Shown: one piece after another, positions 9,943 through 19,716 of the stretch | Numbering within the stretch: position 1 is the stretch's first letter | Layout of the letters: each line of letters starts with the position of its first letter | Source: Candidatus Binatia bacterium | GTDB taxonomy: Bacteria > Desulfobacterota > Binatia > UBA12015 | Direction of reading: 5' to 3' | DNA: 64,000 nucleotides | Assembly (NCBI GenBank): GCA_029243485.1 | Contig: JAQWRY010000088.1 | Coordinates: 27,221-91,220, forward strand | The notes under the pieces: generated by a model | The model's database searches: none | What the model was told of the DNA's origin: nothing | What the model saw: the letters and a program-made list of their open reading frames with translations, nothing else | Program-made: the position numbers and the translations under genes

Positions 9943-11379
9943 ATGGCACAGACTGCGCAGATCCGTCGTATCGGTACCGTCGAAAACGAGGCCCAACGAA
10001 TCTTCAAGATTCAACGCGAGGCCTACCTCAAGAGCCCGTACCCGTCGCACGAGGAGCGGCTCGCGCGGCTGAGCAAAGTCGAGTCGATCCTCGTCGACAA
10101 TGCCGACGCGATTGCCGCTGCGATCAACGAGGACTTCGGGCATCGGAGCGAGCAGGAAACCAAGATGCTCGAGCTCTTCGGTTGTGTGGACGGTCTGCGC
10201 CAGACCAAGAAGAAGCTCCGCAAGTGGATGAAGCCTCAGAAGCGGAAGGTCTCGGTCCTGTTTGCAACGGGTAAGAACCAGCTCATTCCGCAGCCAAAGG
10301 GCGTCGTCGGCATCGTGTCTCCCTGGAACTACCCTCTGTTCCTGACCATCAGCCCGCTCACGGGCATCCTCGCCGCCGGCAATCGCGCGATGATCAAGAT
10401 GGCGACCAACTCTTCGACTCTGTGCCGCCTGCTGGCGGAGAAGTTCTCCGAGCAGTTCGACGAGTCGGAAGTTGCGATCCTACCCGGCGTGCGCGGATCG
10501 GACTTCTCGACGCTCCCGTACGACCACATCATCTTCACCGGCTCAGCCGACGCGGGACGCACCGTGATGCAGTCCGCGGCGGAGAACCTCACGCCGGTCA
10601 CGCTCGAACTTGGCGGAAAATCCCCGACCGTCCTTTGCGACGACTTCGACGTGAAAGAGGCGGCTTCGCGCATCCTCTACGCCAAGCTCGTGAACGCCGG
10701 GCAGACCTGCCTTGCTCCGGACTATCTCTTCGTTCCGGAGGCCAAGAGGGATGCGTTCGTGGACGCGGCGAAGGGGCTCGTCGCGCACCGCTATCCCGAC
10801 ACGAATGATCGCAGCTACACCTCCGTGATCGATGAGAAGTCCTATCGTCGGCTGCGGGAGACCCTCGACGACGCCGAAGCGAAGGGTGCCACACTGGTGC
10901 CGCTCGTCCCTGGTGCCGAGTTCAACGACTCGAACCGGAAGCTTCCGCCCCATCTCGTGCTCGACGTCACCGAAGACATGCGGATCATGCAGGAGGAGAT
11001 CTTCGGACCCCTCTTTCCGGTGAAGACCTACCAAACGCTCGACGAGGTGATCGAGTACGTGAACGAGCGGGACCGGCCCCTGGGCGCCTACTTCTTCACG
11101 AACGACAAGGCGGTCGAGCAGAAGCTCCTTTACAGCACGATCTCCGGTGGCGTGACCATCAACAACTGTGTTTTCCACATCGCTCAGCACGACCTGCCGT
11201 TTGGCGGCGTCGGCGCGAGCGGCATGGGGCACTACCACGGCCACGAGGGCTTCGTGGAGTTCAGTAAGATGCGTCCGGTCTTCACGAGTCCCAAGATCGA
11301 CGGGCTCTCGATGTTCTACCCGCCGTACACGAAGAAGCACTCGCGGCTGGTGAATCTCTTGTTGAAGTTCAAACGTTGA
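9943..11379 (+). CDS. aldehyde dehydrogenase (coniferyl-aldehyde DH-like family)
   Basis: Has ELGGKSP, NAGQTCLAPDY and EEIFGPL motifs. AGGAGGA RBS precedes the ATG at 9943. Confidence 0.85.
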   Translation: MAQTAQIRRIGTVENEAQRIFKIQREAYLKSPYPSHEERLARLSKVESILVDNADAIAAAINEDFGHRSEQETKMLELFGCVDGLRQTKKKLRKWMKPQKRKVSVLFATGKNQLIPQPKGVVGIVSPWNYPLFLTISPLTGILAAGNRAMIKMATNSSTLCRLLAEKFSEQFDESEVAILPGVRGSDFSTLPYDHIIFTGSADAGRTVMQSAAENLTPVTLELGGKSPTVLCDDFDVKEAASRILYAKLVNAGQTCLAPDYLFVPEAKRDAFVDAAKGLVAHRYPDTNDRSYTSVIDEKSYRRLRETLDDAEAKGATLVPLVPGAEFNDSNRKLPPHLVLDVTEDMRIMQEEIFGPLFPVKTYQTLDEVIEYVNERDRPLGAYFFTNDKAVEQKLLYSTISGGVTINNCVFHIAQHDLPFGGVGASGMGHYHGHEGFVEFSKMRPVFTSPKIDGLSMFYPPYTKKHSRLVNLLLKFKR

Positions 11380-11663
11380 CGGCCGCGGGAGGCGCTTCGG
11401 TGCTTCTCCGCTCTCTCTCCCTGACTCATTGGATTCTCCTTCTCTTTGGGCCGGGAGTGTCTCTTATTTCAAACCCTTAGCTGGTCCAACTTCTGCTGAA
11501 CCCGAACAAAGGCCGAAGCGGATGCTGAAGTCCGCGCGTCGCCCGGGAGCCCCAAGGGACTTCAATTCTGGATTGCGTCCGAGGCCGCTAGCAAGACAGT
11601 CCGCCGACGCCTACCCCGCCGGCGATCTGCATCGAGGATATCGATGCGCTTTGGACGCTCTGG

Positions 11664-12221
11664 GTGCTCGAGAACCCGGCGGTGCTTCCGCCGGCGTGCA
11701 GGACCCTGCATGCCGCGGTCGATGCCTCGGCCTCGGGTGGCGTGGTGTGCGTCTACGCGCGGGCGACCGAGAACGTCGTGATCAACAAGGGGCCCGATCT
11801 CGAGATCACGCAATGCACGGTCGCCGAGGCGGCCGCGCTGAACCTGGGTCTGCCCGTCGTCCAGATCCTGGGCGCCGGTCCGGTCCTCGTCATCGGCCTC
11901 GACGAGACTGGCGGCACGGCCGGCTGGCGTCTCGATGGCGATGGCTACGAGTTGCGCGGTGTTCGCTCCTACGACAACTCGGTCGATGGGATTCTCGTGA
12001 ACGGAAACGACAACGAGATTTCGGTGAATCGTGTCGGGCACAACGGCGCCTGTGGTGTCTGCGGCACCGCGTCCGGCACGCTCGTGCGGGACAACAAGAT
12101 GGATGACAGCGGTCTCTGCGAGCACGAGGTGCTCGGGGCCGGCACGACCGATGGCGGGGGTTCGAACCGCGCTAGCGGTGTGAAGTTCTTCGACATCGAA
12201 GCCGGCGGCTGTTTCGAGTAG
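11664..12221 (+). CDS. hypothetical protein with parallel beta-helix-like repeats (start uncertain, possibly a gene fragment)
   Basis: Repeats such as NSVDGILVNGNDNEISVNRVGHNG look like a right-handed beta-helix. Only a GTG start is available, no in-frame ATG exists, and there is no signal peptide. Confidence 0.35.
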   Translation: MLENPAVLPPACRTLHAAVDASASGGVVCVYARATENVVINKGPDLEITQCTVAEAAALNLGLPVVQILGAGPVLVIGLDETGGTAGWRLDGDGYELRGVRSYDNSVDGILVNGNDNEISVNRVGHNGACGVCGTASGTLVRDNKMDDSGLCEHEVLGAGTTDGGGSNRASGVKFFDIEAGGCFE

Positions 12222-12225
12222 CCGC

Positions 12226-13290
12226 TTACGTACGACGATCCGGCAAGAGCTTCTGTTCTTTCAGGAAGATCAGGAGCTCTCGCGCGGTGATCTCGTGCCC
12301 GCGATCCGTGAAGTGAAGTAGATCGCGGAAGAGGACGTCGGGCGCCGCGGCTCGGAACGCCGGGTGCAGGTCGAGCAGGGGGATCCCTTCGCGCTCCGCG
12401 AACGCCGCCAGGCGTCGCTGGGGTGCGAGTACGATGGCTTCGTTCCAGTCGAGCCACCGTGGTTCCAGCTGCTCGGCGATCGGTGGCACCAGGATCGCGA
12501 AGCCCGCGCCTTGGGCTTGGACCGCGTCGCGCATCGCGATCAGATGCTCTTCGACGGCGCGGAATGGCTCGTCTTGCCAGGCGGGCCCGAAGTGGTGGCT
12601 CTGTCGCGCGAGGAAGGCGTTTCCATCGATCTCGATCGGGGCACGGACGGCGAAGCGGAGCTGTCGGACGAGAGCGCTATGCCGTGTCAGGTAGGCCCCC
12701 CATCCGTCACCGTCCAACTGGAGTCGTTGTTTGGCTTCCTCGGTGACGAGCCAGTCTCCGCTGCCGTTCACGAAGTGCAGGAATCGATGGTGGTCGTTCA
12801 AGCAGTACTGGACGAGAACGAGATCGGGGTCGAATCCCAGTAGGTCTCGCTCGAGGAGCGTTCGTTCCTGGAAGGTGGTGTAGCCTGGAATCGCCGCGTT
12901 GATTACCTCGATGCTCATGCCCGGAGGTGCCTCGAGCCGGTCCGCGATCTGGGGGACGAAGCCCCGTTCGTCCCAGGCGACCGAGTCGCCCACCACGATG
13001 ACTCGGAAGCGGCCCGGCGGCTTGGGCACCCGGACCTCCGGCGCGCGGATTCCGATCATGTTCACGGCGTCGGCGGCCGGGTTCAGCCGGTAGCCGAGGT
13101 CGGGGTCGGTGACGAGCCAGTCGCGTCGATTCTCCGTGCCGCCGAACCGCGAAGGCTCCGGCTGCAGGAGCGAGGAGAGCGCGTTGCGAACGCCGCCGTA
13201 GTCACGGGCGCGTGCCCCGATCTCGAGAAGACCGAGGCCGCCCGCGAGGAGCAGTAAGTTGACCGCGAGGATGTAGAGAGTGCGTCGCAA
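12226..13290 (-). CDS. SGNH/GDSL-family hydrolase with N-terminal signal anchor
   Basis: A TTG start gives MRRTLYILAVNLLLLAGG. VVGDSVAWD is the Ser block. DHHRF is provisionally read as the C-terminal D-x-x-H block. The 52 aa upstream of the TTG look spurious. Confidence 0.65.
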   Translation of the reverse strand: MRRTLYILAVNLLLLAGGLGLLEIGARARDYGGVRNALSSLLQPEPSRFGGTENRRDWLVTDPDLGYRLNPAADAVNMIGIRAPEVRVPKPPGRFRVIVVGDSVAWDERGFVPQIADRLEAPPGMSIEVINAAIPGYTTFQERTLLERDLLGFDPDLVLVQYCLNDHHRFLHFVNGSGDWLVTEEAKQRLQLDGDGWGAYLTRHSALVRQLRFAVRAPIEIDGNAFLARQSHHFGPAWQDEPFRAVEEHLIAMRDAVQAQGAGFAILVPPIAEQLEPRWLDWNEAIVLAPQRRLAAFAEREGIPLLDLHPAFRAAAPDVLFRDLLHFTDRGHEITARELLIFLKEQKLLPDRRT

Positions 13291-13373
13291 CGCGCCGGGG
13301 ATACCCTCGGTGGCGACCGTTTGGCAAGCGCCGTCGAATTGACTCCCGGGGCCAAGTCCCGAAGACTCGCTCC

Positions 13374-14414
13374 GTGTCGAGCAGGATGTGGGCGACCGCT
13401 TGTGTGTGGGCTTTCCTGGCCGTCCTCGTCTTCGGGGCGTTTGCATCCGCCGGAACTCTTCTCGTGGCGAACAAGAGTGAGGACACGGTGTCGGTTTTCG
13501 CGACTCCGGCTCATGAAGAGATCATTCGGCTTCCTACCGGCGCCGGCCCCCACGAAGTCGAGGTGGACCCGACCGGAACGTTCGCTGCAGTTTCCAACTA
13601 CCACGAGGAGAAGAGCGGGACGCTGAGCATCGTCCACCTGGGCGACCTCTCGGTGCGCACGATTGGGTTGGGGGAGCACTCCGGCGTGCATGGACTGGGT
13701 TGGCTCCCGGGCTCGAAGCGGATCGCCGCCACGTCGGAGTCGGCGAACGCGCTTTTGTTGGTCGACGTTCCGACGGGGGTCGTACTCGGGGCGATCCCGG
13801 TGGAGGGAGAGTCTCCTCACATGTTGGTTCTCAGCGAAGACGGGCGTTTCGCGTGGACCGCGAACGTGGGAAGCGGATCCGTGTCGAAAGTCGACCTTCA
13901 GGAGCGCAGAACGGTGGCGACCGCCGCGACCGGAGACGGAGCTGAGGGGATTGCTCTCGCGCCGGATGGCGCCCGGCTCTGGGTGTCGAATAGGGACGAG
14001 GATGCGGTGGTGGTATTGGACCCGGAGGATCTGCGCGAGATCGGCCGGGTCGAGGTGGATGGAATGCCGATCCGCGTGGAACTCGCCCGTGACGGTGCGC
14101 TCGCGCTCGTGACGTCGGCGGTGGGGGCCAAGATCACCGTGATCGACGCGCAGAGCTTAGAAATCGTCGGCGAGGTGAGTACGCGAGGCGAGACGAACTG
14201 GTCGACCGGGCGCTTTCTCGCCGGCCTGTTCGGTCTGCTGCCCGTGCCGGTGGGCGCCCAGATCAGCGAGGCGGGCGACTCGTTCTACGTCGCGAACTCG
14301 TTCGGCGGGGTGGTCGTCGAGTACGGCCTCGACGATCTCGAGGTTCGTCGTCGGATCGTTGCCGGGGAGGAGCCCGACGGAATGGCGGTCACGACTACTC
14401 GAAGCGGTAGCTGA
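13374..14414 (+). CDS. secreted YVTN-type (lactonase-like) beta-propeller repeat protein
   Basis: Signal peptide followed by repeated ~40-aa units (…WVSNRDEDAVVVLD…, …LVTSAVGAKITVID…). Confidence 0.7.
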   Translation: MSSRMWATACVWAFLAVLVFGAFASAGTLLVANKSEDTVSVFATPAHEEIIRLPTGAGPHEVEVDPTGTFAAVSNYHEEKSGTLSIVHLGDLSVRTIGLGEHSGVHGLGWLPGSKRIAATSESANALLLVDVPTGVVLGAIPVEGESPHMLVLSEDGRFAWTANVGSGSVSKVDLQERRTVATAATGDGAEGIALAPDGARLWVSNRDEDAVVVLDPEDLREIGRVEVDGMPIRVELARDGALALVTSAVGAKITVIDAQSLEIVGEVSTRGETNWSTGRFLAGLFGLLPVPVGAQISEAGDSFYVANSFGGVVVEYGLDDLEVRRRIVAGEEPDGMAVTTTRSGS

Positions 14415-14870
14415 GCTCGCCGTCCACTAGGTTGTAGTCGCGTTGAATCGCTTGCGGGACTTCGGGTCCCAGGGCGTGGTTGCGGTCCCGGTACGCCCCG
14501 TCGACGCGGGACGTGATCCGGCCGTTCAGCCAGGTTGAACGATTCGCCGGTTCGATCGATGACGGAGCCGTCGAAATCCGTTTGGTTGCGGGTCGTGCGT
14601 TGGCGCCAGGAGGTCAGTGACTTCACGGACACGTCCTCGAAGATCGATAGACCCCCGAACTCGTATCGGATGACGTCCCAAGTGCCATAGTTCGCGTTGT
14701 TCGAAAGCGGCGCCGTGTCGCTCTGCGCGACGAGCGGCTCAGGCTTCTTCCCGCCTGGGGGCGAGCGACGTGAGGTCCTGATTCACCAGGAAGCGCACCG
14801 AGCCCACGAAGCTCAGCGAGTCGTTGTTGGACTGGCATTTGTCGCGTGTCGAGTTGTAGACGCACCTGCG
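14395..14870 (-). pseudogene. TonB-dependent receptor C-terminal remnant, multi-frameshifted
   Basis: Three reading frames each carry pieces of a TBDR barrel. Examples are …SWRQRTTRNQTDFDGSVIDRTGESFNL… and the terminal …RDYNLVDGELSYRFE*, which matches the C-terminus of the intact TBDR at 48696-51125. No N-terminal plug or barrel is present. Confidence 0.5.
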
Positions 14871-14948
14871 GGACGTTGGCGTCGCTCTCCAGCCCGCCGT
14901 CTCGATGGGCTCTTGTTGCGCACCCTTCGGTCGAACCTCGGCGGGAGG

Positions 14949-15584
14949 CTAGATTCCCCGGATCTTGAGTCCCGTCCGGGACCGGTAGCGGAGGTTCAGA
15001 CCGATCAAGACGGGCGTCAGTGTCTCGAGTGCGGCGGCGTTCACCAGCGGCCCAGCATCAATTGCCCGTAGTCCATCGATGGAGTCTAAGAGGCCCATGA
15101 CTTGATCCAGCGCGGCGCGGTTATCGCCGCAGGTCAGCACGTCGAAGTCGAGCGCGGTTCTTCGCCTGGCCAGGAGCTTAGCCGGAACGTGATGGAGCGC
15201 GGCGACGACGTGACTTCGGGTTAGTTGCGCTTGCAGCCCGAGCGCGACTGACCCGGAGGGCGGCACGATGGGCTCGGGCTCGCCGTCGATGAAGACGACC
15301 GCGTTCACCATGGAGAGAACGATGCGACTCGCGAGCTCGTTCTCGACCTCGGCGGCCGTCCCGTGCGCGGATTCCCAGGGGACCGCGACCACGACCACGT
15401 CGCCGAAGGAGGCCGCGTCGCGATTGTCACCGCCGGATAGGTTGTCGTGGGTGAGTTCCGCGACGGCTTCGACGGCGCGCTCGGTGGAGCGAGAGCCGAG
15501 GCGTACCTCGTGTCCGGCCATCGCCAGACGGAGCCCGACGCCCCGCCCGGCTTCGCCGGTGCCCCCAAGGATGCCGACCCGCAA
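14949..15584 (-). CDS. NADPH-dependent F420 reductase (Fno/NpdG; PF03807 family)
   Basis: MRVGILGGTGEAGRGVGLRLA…PWESAH…CGDN…IDGLRAIDAGPL…LTP closely resembles archaeal Fno. The TTG start abuts the purE stop (TAG-TTG). Confidence 0.75.
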   Translation of the reverse strand: MRVGILGGTGEAGRGVGLRLAMAGHEVRLGSRSTERAVEAVAELTHDNLSGGDNRDAASFGDVVVVAVPWESAHGTAAEVENELASRIVLSMVNAVVFIDGEPEPIVPPSGSVALGLQAQLTRSHVVAALHHVPAKLLARRRTALDFDVLTCGDNRAALDQVMGLLDSIDGLRAIDAGPLVNAAALETLTPVLIGLNLRYRSRTGLKIRGI

Positions 15585-15986
15585 CTACTTCCCCATGTCG
15601 AGGATGCGTTTGACGGCTTCGGCGCAGTTGCCCGGATCCAGCACGGTGAGGACCGGGGTCTTGCTCGGCATCTGGAGTGTCGACTGGATGTTCACCATCA
15701 TGTCGACCTTGTCCGCGAACGGCGGGCAGGCCACCGTCGGATGGGTCGAGTTCGCAGCGACGAATCCGGACAGCGCGTTCGAGCGGCCCGCGATCGTAAC
15801 GTACACGACGCCCTTCTCGTTCGCGTTCGCGTCGAGCACCTCGAGCACCTTGCGCGGTTGCTTGTGCGCGGACGCGGCGTGGGTCTCCGAGGTGACCCCG
15901 TACTCGTCGAGTCGGTCGGTGATCTTCTTTGCGTGGCTCGAGTCGGACTCCGAGCCCATCAGGATGACGACTTTCATGTTATGCCT
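15585..15986 (-). CDS. purE: class II PurE (AIR carboxylase type)
   Basis: 133 aa. AGRSNALSGFVAANSTHPTVACPP matches the class II (eukaryote-PAICS-like) motif AGRSNGLGPV…CPP, not the class I AGGAAHLPGM. Confidence 0.8.
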   Translation of the reverse strand, partial: RHNMKVVILMGSESDSSHAKKITDRLDEYGVTSETHAASAHKQPRKVLEVLDANANEKGVVYVTIAGRSNALSGFVAANSTHPTVACPPFADKVDMMVNIQSTLQMPSKTPVLTVLDPGNCAEAVKRILDMGK

Positions 15987-16963
15987 TCGAGGTTGGCGCT
16001 CATGCGCTTCTGAATTGATTTTCCGGCTTCGGGGAACTCGAACGTGCGTCCGGTGATTCTCTCGTAGAGGTAGATGTATCGCCGCGAGAGTTCGACCACG
16101 AGTTCCTCCGGGGCGGCCGGAAGCGTTTCGTCTTTGTACGGGTCGCAGTTGTCCTTGAACCAGAGCCGCAGAAATTCTTTGTCGACGTTCTCCGGCTCCT
16201 CGCCGTTTTTCATGCGGCTCTCGTAGGAATCGGCGATCCAGTAGCGGCTCGAGTCGGGCGTGTGGATCTCGTCGATGAGGCAGACGTTGCCGTCCGGGTC
16301 GCGGCCCATTTCGTACTTCGTGTCGACCAGGATCAGTCCGTGCTGGGCCGCCTTCTCCTGCCCGAAAGAGAACAGCTGATGCGCGATGCGGGCACACTTC
16401 TCCCAGTCCTCGATCGACATCCACTCTTCGGAGATGATGTCGGCGGGGCTGATGGGTCGGTCGTGATCCTCTTCCTTGGTCGTCGGCGTGAGGAGGTTCA
16501 GCGCGAGCTTCTGGTTCTTGACCAGGTCCTCGGGCAGATCGTTCCCGCAGTAGTGGCGCTGGCCGCTGTCGTAGACCGTCCACAGCGACGTGCTGGTCGT
16601 CCCGGTGATGTACCCTCGCACGACGAACTCGATGGGGAAGACGTCGCATTTCTTCGCGATGGTCACGTTGGGGTCGGGGATCGAGATCACCTGGTTCGGG
16701 ACGATGTGCTCCGTCTGCTCGAACCACCAGGCGCTGGTCGTGTTGAGTACCTGGCCCTTGAACGGGATCGCTGCGAGTACGCGATCGAAGGCGCTCTGTC
16801 GGTCCGTCGTAATGAGGGCCATCTTGTCGCCGAGATCGTACCGATCGCGGACCTTGCCCTCGTACTTCTCGCCGCTCGAGAGCGACGTCTCGACGAGACA
16901 GTTCTTCAGTTCACTTCGTATCCGGTCGGTGTACCCAGCCGGCGTGTTGATCGAATTTGCCAT
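15974..16963 (-). CDS. purC: SAICAR synthetase, long form
   Basis: 329 aa from MANSINTP. It is homologous along the full length of long-form PurC and overlaps purE by 13 nt. Confidence 0.85.
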   Translation of the reverse strand: MANSINTPAGYTDRIRSELKNCLVETSLSSGEKYEGKVRDRYDLGDKMALITTDRQSAFDRVLAAIPFKGQVLNTTSAWWFEQTEHIVPNQVISIPDPNVTIAKKCDVFPIEFVVRGYITGTTSTSLWTVYDSGQRHYCGNDLPEDLVKNQKLALNLLTPTTKEEDHDRPISPADIISEEWMSIEDWEKCARIAHQLFSFGQEKAAQHGLILVDTKYEMGRDPDGNVCLIDEIHTPDSSRYWIADSYESRMKNGEEPENVDKEFLRLWFKDNCDPYKDETLPAAPEELVVELSRRYIYLYERITGRTFEFPEAGKSIQKRMSANLEGIT

Positions 16964-17061
16964 ACTTTTTCCGAGATCCGTTTGGTGCGCCTCGCAGGGG
17001 CGAGGGGAAAGAAGGAAGCTATACAAGATGGTAGCGAGGGGTAAAGGTGGGGCTCACCCCG

Positions 17062-17661
17062 ATGTCCGATCGATATCCGCTCCCGGTTTACTACGATTTC
17101 GCGTCGACCACTTGCTACGTGGCGCACCGCGTCTTGGGTCGATTGGCTCCGAAGATCGACGAGATCGGTGTGGAACTGGAATGGCGGCCGGTCGACCTGA
17201 CCAGCCTGACGGGTTGGCGCCGCGGGGCGCGCGTCGTGGGGCCCGGAAGGGAAAACGCACTACGGGTCGCGGCGGAGCTGAATGTACCCGTGCGGATGCC
17301 GGGCTTCTGGATCGACTCCCGCCTGGCCCATGCCGTCGCCCTCGGCCCGAGTGAAGACCCGGCGAAGGAGGCTGTCTGGCGGGAGCGCATCTGGACCGCC
17401 GTTTTCGAGGAGGGCCGGGACATCGGCGAGAAGGAGGAAATCTCGGTCTTCCTCTCGGAGGTCCAGATCTCGACCGAATCGGGTTCGGGTCTCGCACGGC
17501 TCGAAGAAGAGACGGAGCGTGCGCGGCAGGCCGGCATCCAGGGGGTCCCGGCCTTCCTGATCGACGCCTGGCCGATGGCGGGCATCCAGGACGACCAGTC
17601 GATGGTCGCTTTCTTCGAACGATACGCGCGCAAGCGGCGCCGGGAGAACGCGGCGAGCTGA
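17062..17661 (+). CDS. DsbA-like thioredoxin-fold protein (HCCA isomerase / GST-kappa family)
   Basis: YYDFASTTCY replaces the DxxCPWC motif with a single Cys or Ser-type site, as in 2-hydroxychromene-2-carboxylate isomerases. Confidence 0.65.
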   Translation: MSDRYPLPVYYDFASTTCYVAHRVLGRLAPKIDEIGVELEWRPVDLTSLTGWRRGARVVGPGRENALRVAAELNVPVRMPGFWIDSRLAHAVALGPSEDPAKEAVWRERIWTAVFEEGRDIGEKEEISVFLSEVQISTESGSGLARLEEETERARQAGIQGVPAFLIDAWPMAGIQDDQSMVAFFERYARKRRRENAAS

Positions 17662-17677
17662 ACGCCGGTCCGGCCGG

Positions 17678-18322
17678 TCAACTGGCGTAGTGCTCGGCCA
17701 GCCAGGAGAGCAGGGCCTCGTTGGTTGCCTGGGGCAGTTCCTGCTGGATCCAGTGGCCACACGGTAGGGTGAGGGTCGTCAGGCTGGGTACTCGCGTTCC
17801 GAGGGTCTCGGACTTCGGTACCGCGTCGTACTCGCCGTAGATCATCAGGGTTGGTTGCGTGATGCGCTGCTCATAGGCACCGATGATCTCCCAGTTGCGG
17901 GAGAAGTTTCGGTACCACTGGATGCCTCCGGTGAAGCCGGAGTGCTCGAACGTCTCGATGAATACCCCGAGCTCGGTATCGCTCATTAGTGGATCCCCCG
18001 AGGCGATGTCGGACTGCGCGACAGCGAGAAGCGGCATGCCGTCGGGGAGCCCGCGCGGCGGCGCGTTCCACTGGTTCGTGCGGTACATGTTGCGCAGGAA
18101 TCGCGCGCAGTTGTCGTCGAGCACGCGGTCGGCGACACCCGGCTGGCGATTGAAGTGGACGATGTAGAAGTCCGGGCCCATCTGGTGTCGCCAGGAGTAC
18201 GCGATCTCGGGCCAGCCATGGCACAGGACGATCGGCTTGCCACGACCGGAATCGAACACTTCCAGTTCGATTCCGTTCGTCGCGATTCGGATCGGTGTCG
18301 GAAACTCCATGGCCGCCGTCAT
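17678..18322 (-). pseudogene. epoxide hydrolase-like alpha/beta hydrolase with an in-frame internal deletion
   Basis: HGWPEIAYSWRHQ joins directly to GPDFYIVHFNRQPGVAD (the start of the cap domain). About 75 residues, including the GHDxG nucleophile elbow, are absent. The C-terminal catalytic His (CGHW) is retained. Confidence 0.55.
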
Positions 18323-18682
18323 AGCGCCGTCGTGTCAGTACGGCCACGACTCGACGCGCGTCGATCCGCCATCTCATCCTCGGGCCCGCTGAAGGAGGGC
18401 AGGGCGATCGCGCCGGCAAACACTGCGGGGCAGAAGCCGAGGAGCTGATTTTCGATCCCCTGCAGCCGCAAGACGATGAGGTCTCCCGGCTGGACGCCGG
18501 CTCGGGCGAGCCCGCGGGCGAGCTGCTCCGCCCGCGTCCTGAGGGATGCGTAGCTCCGTTCGACCTCGCGGCCGTCTCGCTCGAGGATCGAGACTCCGCG
18601 GGATGGTCGGCCCATCCGTTGCAACCGACGTGCGGTTCGCCCCGAAACTACGCAGGGTCGAAAGAATCGACTCGAACCGTCG

Positions 18683-18705
18683 TCGGTTCCCGACGTGTCG
18701 GGAAT
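18683..18705. promoter_or_regulatory. 18-bp palindrome TTCCCGAC-GT-GTCGGGAA overlapping the GTG start of the acyltransferase gene
   Basis: Perfect 8-bp arms with a 2-nt spacer, read directly from the sequence. It lies in the divergent intergenic region 18323-18694. Confidence 0.4.
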
Positions 18706-19648
18706 TGCACGCTTCTGGGCCTGGGTTCGCTACAAACACCTCCTCCCCTTCGCCGCGAAGAGTCGGCCGCGCGGTCGGTTCTACGCGCTGGTGGCGGGCA
18801 CGGTCGACTACTGGCTCGATCGGCCGCGGCGGACGTCGGGTGCGGCGCGTGCCCGGCGCTGGTTATCCGTGCCGGCACCGGTCGCGTTCCCGATCTCGAG
18901 GGCCGTCGTCCGGAACAGTCTCGTGGTCGAGGCGCAGGAGGAGGCGGACTCGGTCTTCCTCATCCGGCATCCCGGGGAGTTCAGAGGTCATCTCCCCGGT
19001 GCGTCGGAGCTGCCGCCGTTGCCCGCGCGTACGGTGTTCGCAACGATTCACACGGGTGCCCACGTGTTCGCCTACGCGTACCTCCGCAAGGTGTGCCGTC
19101 TGAACGTACGGGCCATCGCCCGCCCTCTCGGGCCGGACAATCTCATGCCCGACGCGAAGCGGCGCTACGCCGAGAAGAAGCTCGCCTGGCTCCACATGCA
19201 GCTCGGAGTGGACTTCTTAGGGACGGATCTCGCATCGCTCGCGTTCGCACGTGAGCATCTCTTGGGCGGAAACCCGATCTTCGCGACGTTCGACGCCTCC
19301 GGCGACCTGGCGTCGCGCACGCAGGAGGTGTGCGACGAGCGACTGGTCGCCTCTTCGGGGGTCGCGACTCTCGCCCGCCTGACCGAGAGCATGATCGTAC
19401 CGCTCGTGGCGATCTGGACTCCGCAAGGGGTTCGAGTCCACTTCGGGAACCCCGTGCCGCCCGGCGAGGCCGATCCGCTGCCCGCCGTCTTCCGCCAACT
19501 CGAGAATTTCATTCGGCGTTTCCCGGATCACTGGAGCTTATGGCCCTACGTCCAGGCGGCGCAGGGCCCGGCCGCGCCCGCTCGGTGGCCCGAGGTTGCG
19601 GCGGCCCCGCGGGTCACCAGTGCCGCGCCCTCCTTTGGCGGAGGCTGA
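18695..19648 (+). CDS. lysophospholipid/lipid A-type acyltransferase (LpxL/HtrB-like family)
   Basis: 317 aa. The region NPIFATFDASGD…VATLARLTESMIVPLVAIW resembles the Lip_A_acyltrans core. The start is a GTG. Confidence 0.55.
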   Translation: MSGIARFWAWVRYKHLLPFAAKSRPRGRFYALVAGTVDYWLDRPRRTSGAARARRWLSVPAPVAFPISRAVVRNSLVVEAQEEADSVFLIRHPGEFRGHLPGASELPPLPARTVFATIHTGAHVFAYAYLRKVCRLNVRAIARPLGPDNLMPDAKRRYAEKKLAWLHMQLGVDFLGTDLASLAFAREHLLGGNPIFATFDASGDLASRTQEVCDERLVASSGVATLARLTESMIVPLVAIWTPQGVRVHFGNPVPPGEADPLPAVFRQLENFIRRFPDHWSLWPYVQAAQGPAAPARWPEVAAAPRVTSAAPSFGGG

Positions 19649-19716
19649 GCCCGGACTGGCGCGCGACGATCCGACGATTATGGTTCCCACGGTAGTCTCA
19701 ACCCCGAGGGAGCCCG

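Noticed and set aside
11429-12106. ORF 11429-12106(+) as an alternative to the beta-helix ORF.
   Set aside because: Its translation is Arg/Gly-rich junk. The overlapping frame starting at the 11664 GTG has a coherent beta-helix-like repeat pattern.
14949-15584. Naming the PF03807-like gene strictly as an F420 reductase.
   Set aside because: The family includes NADP-binding proteins in F420-free organisms. I kept the family-level call only.
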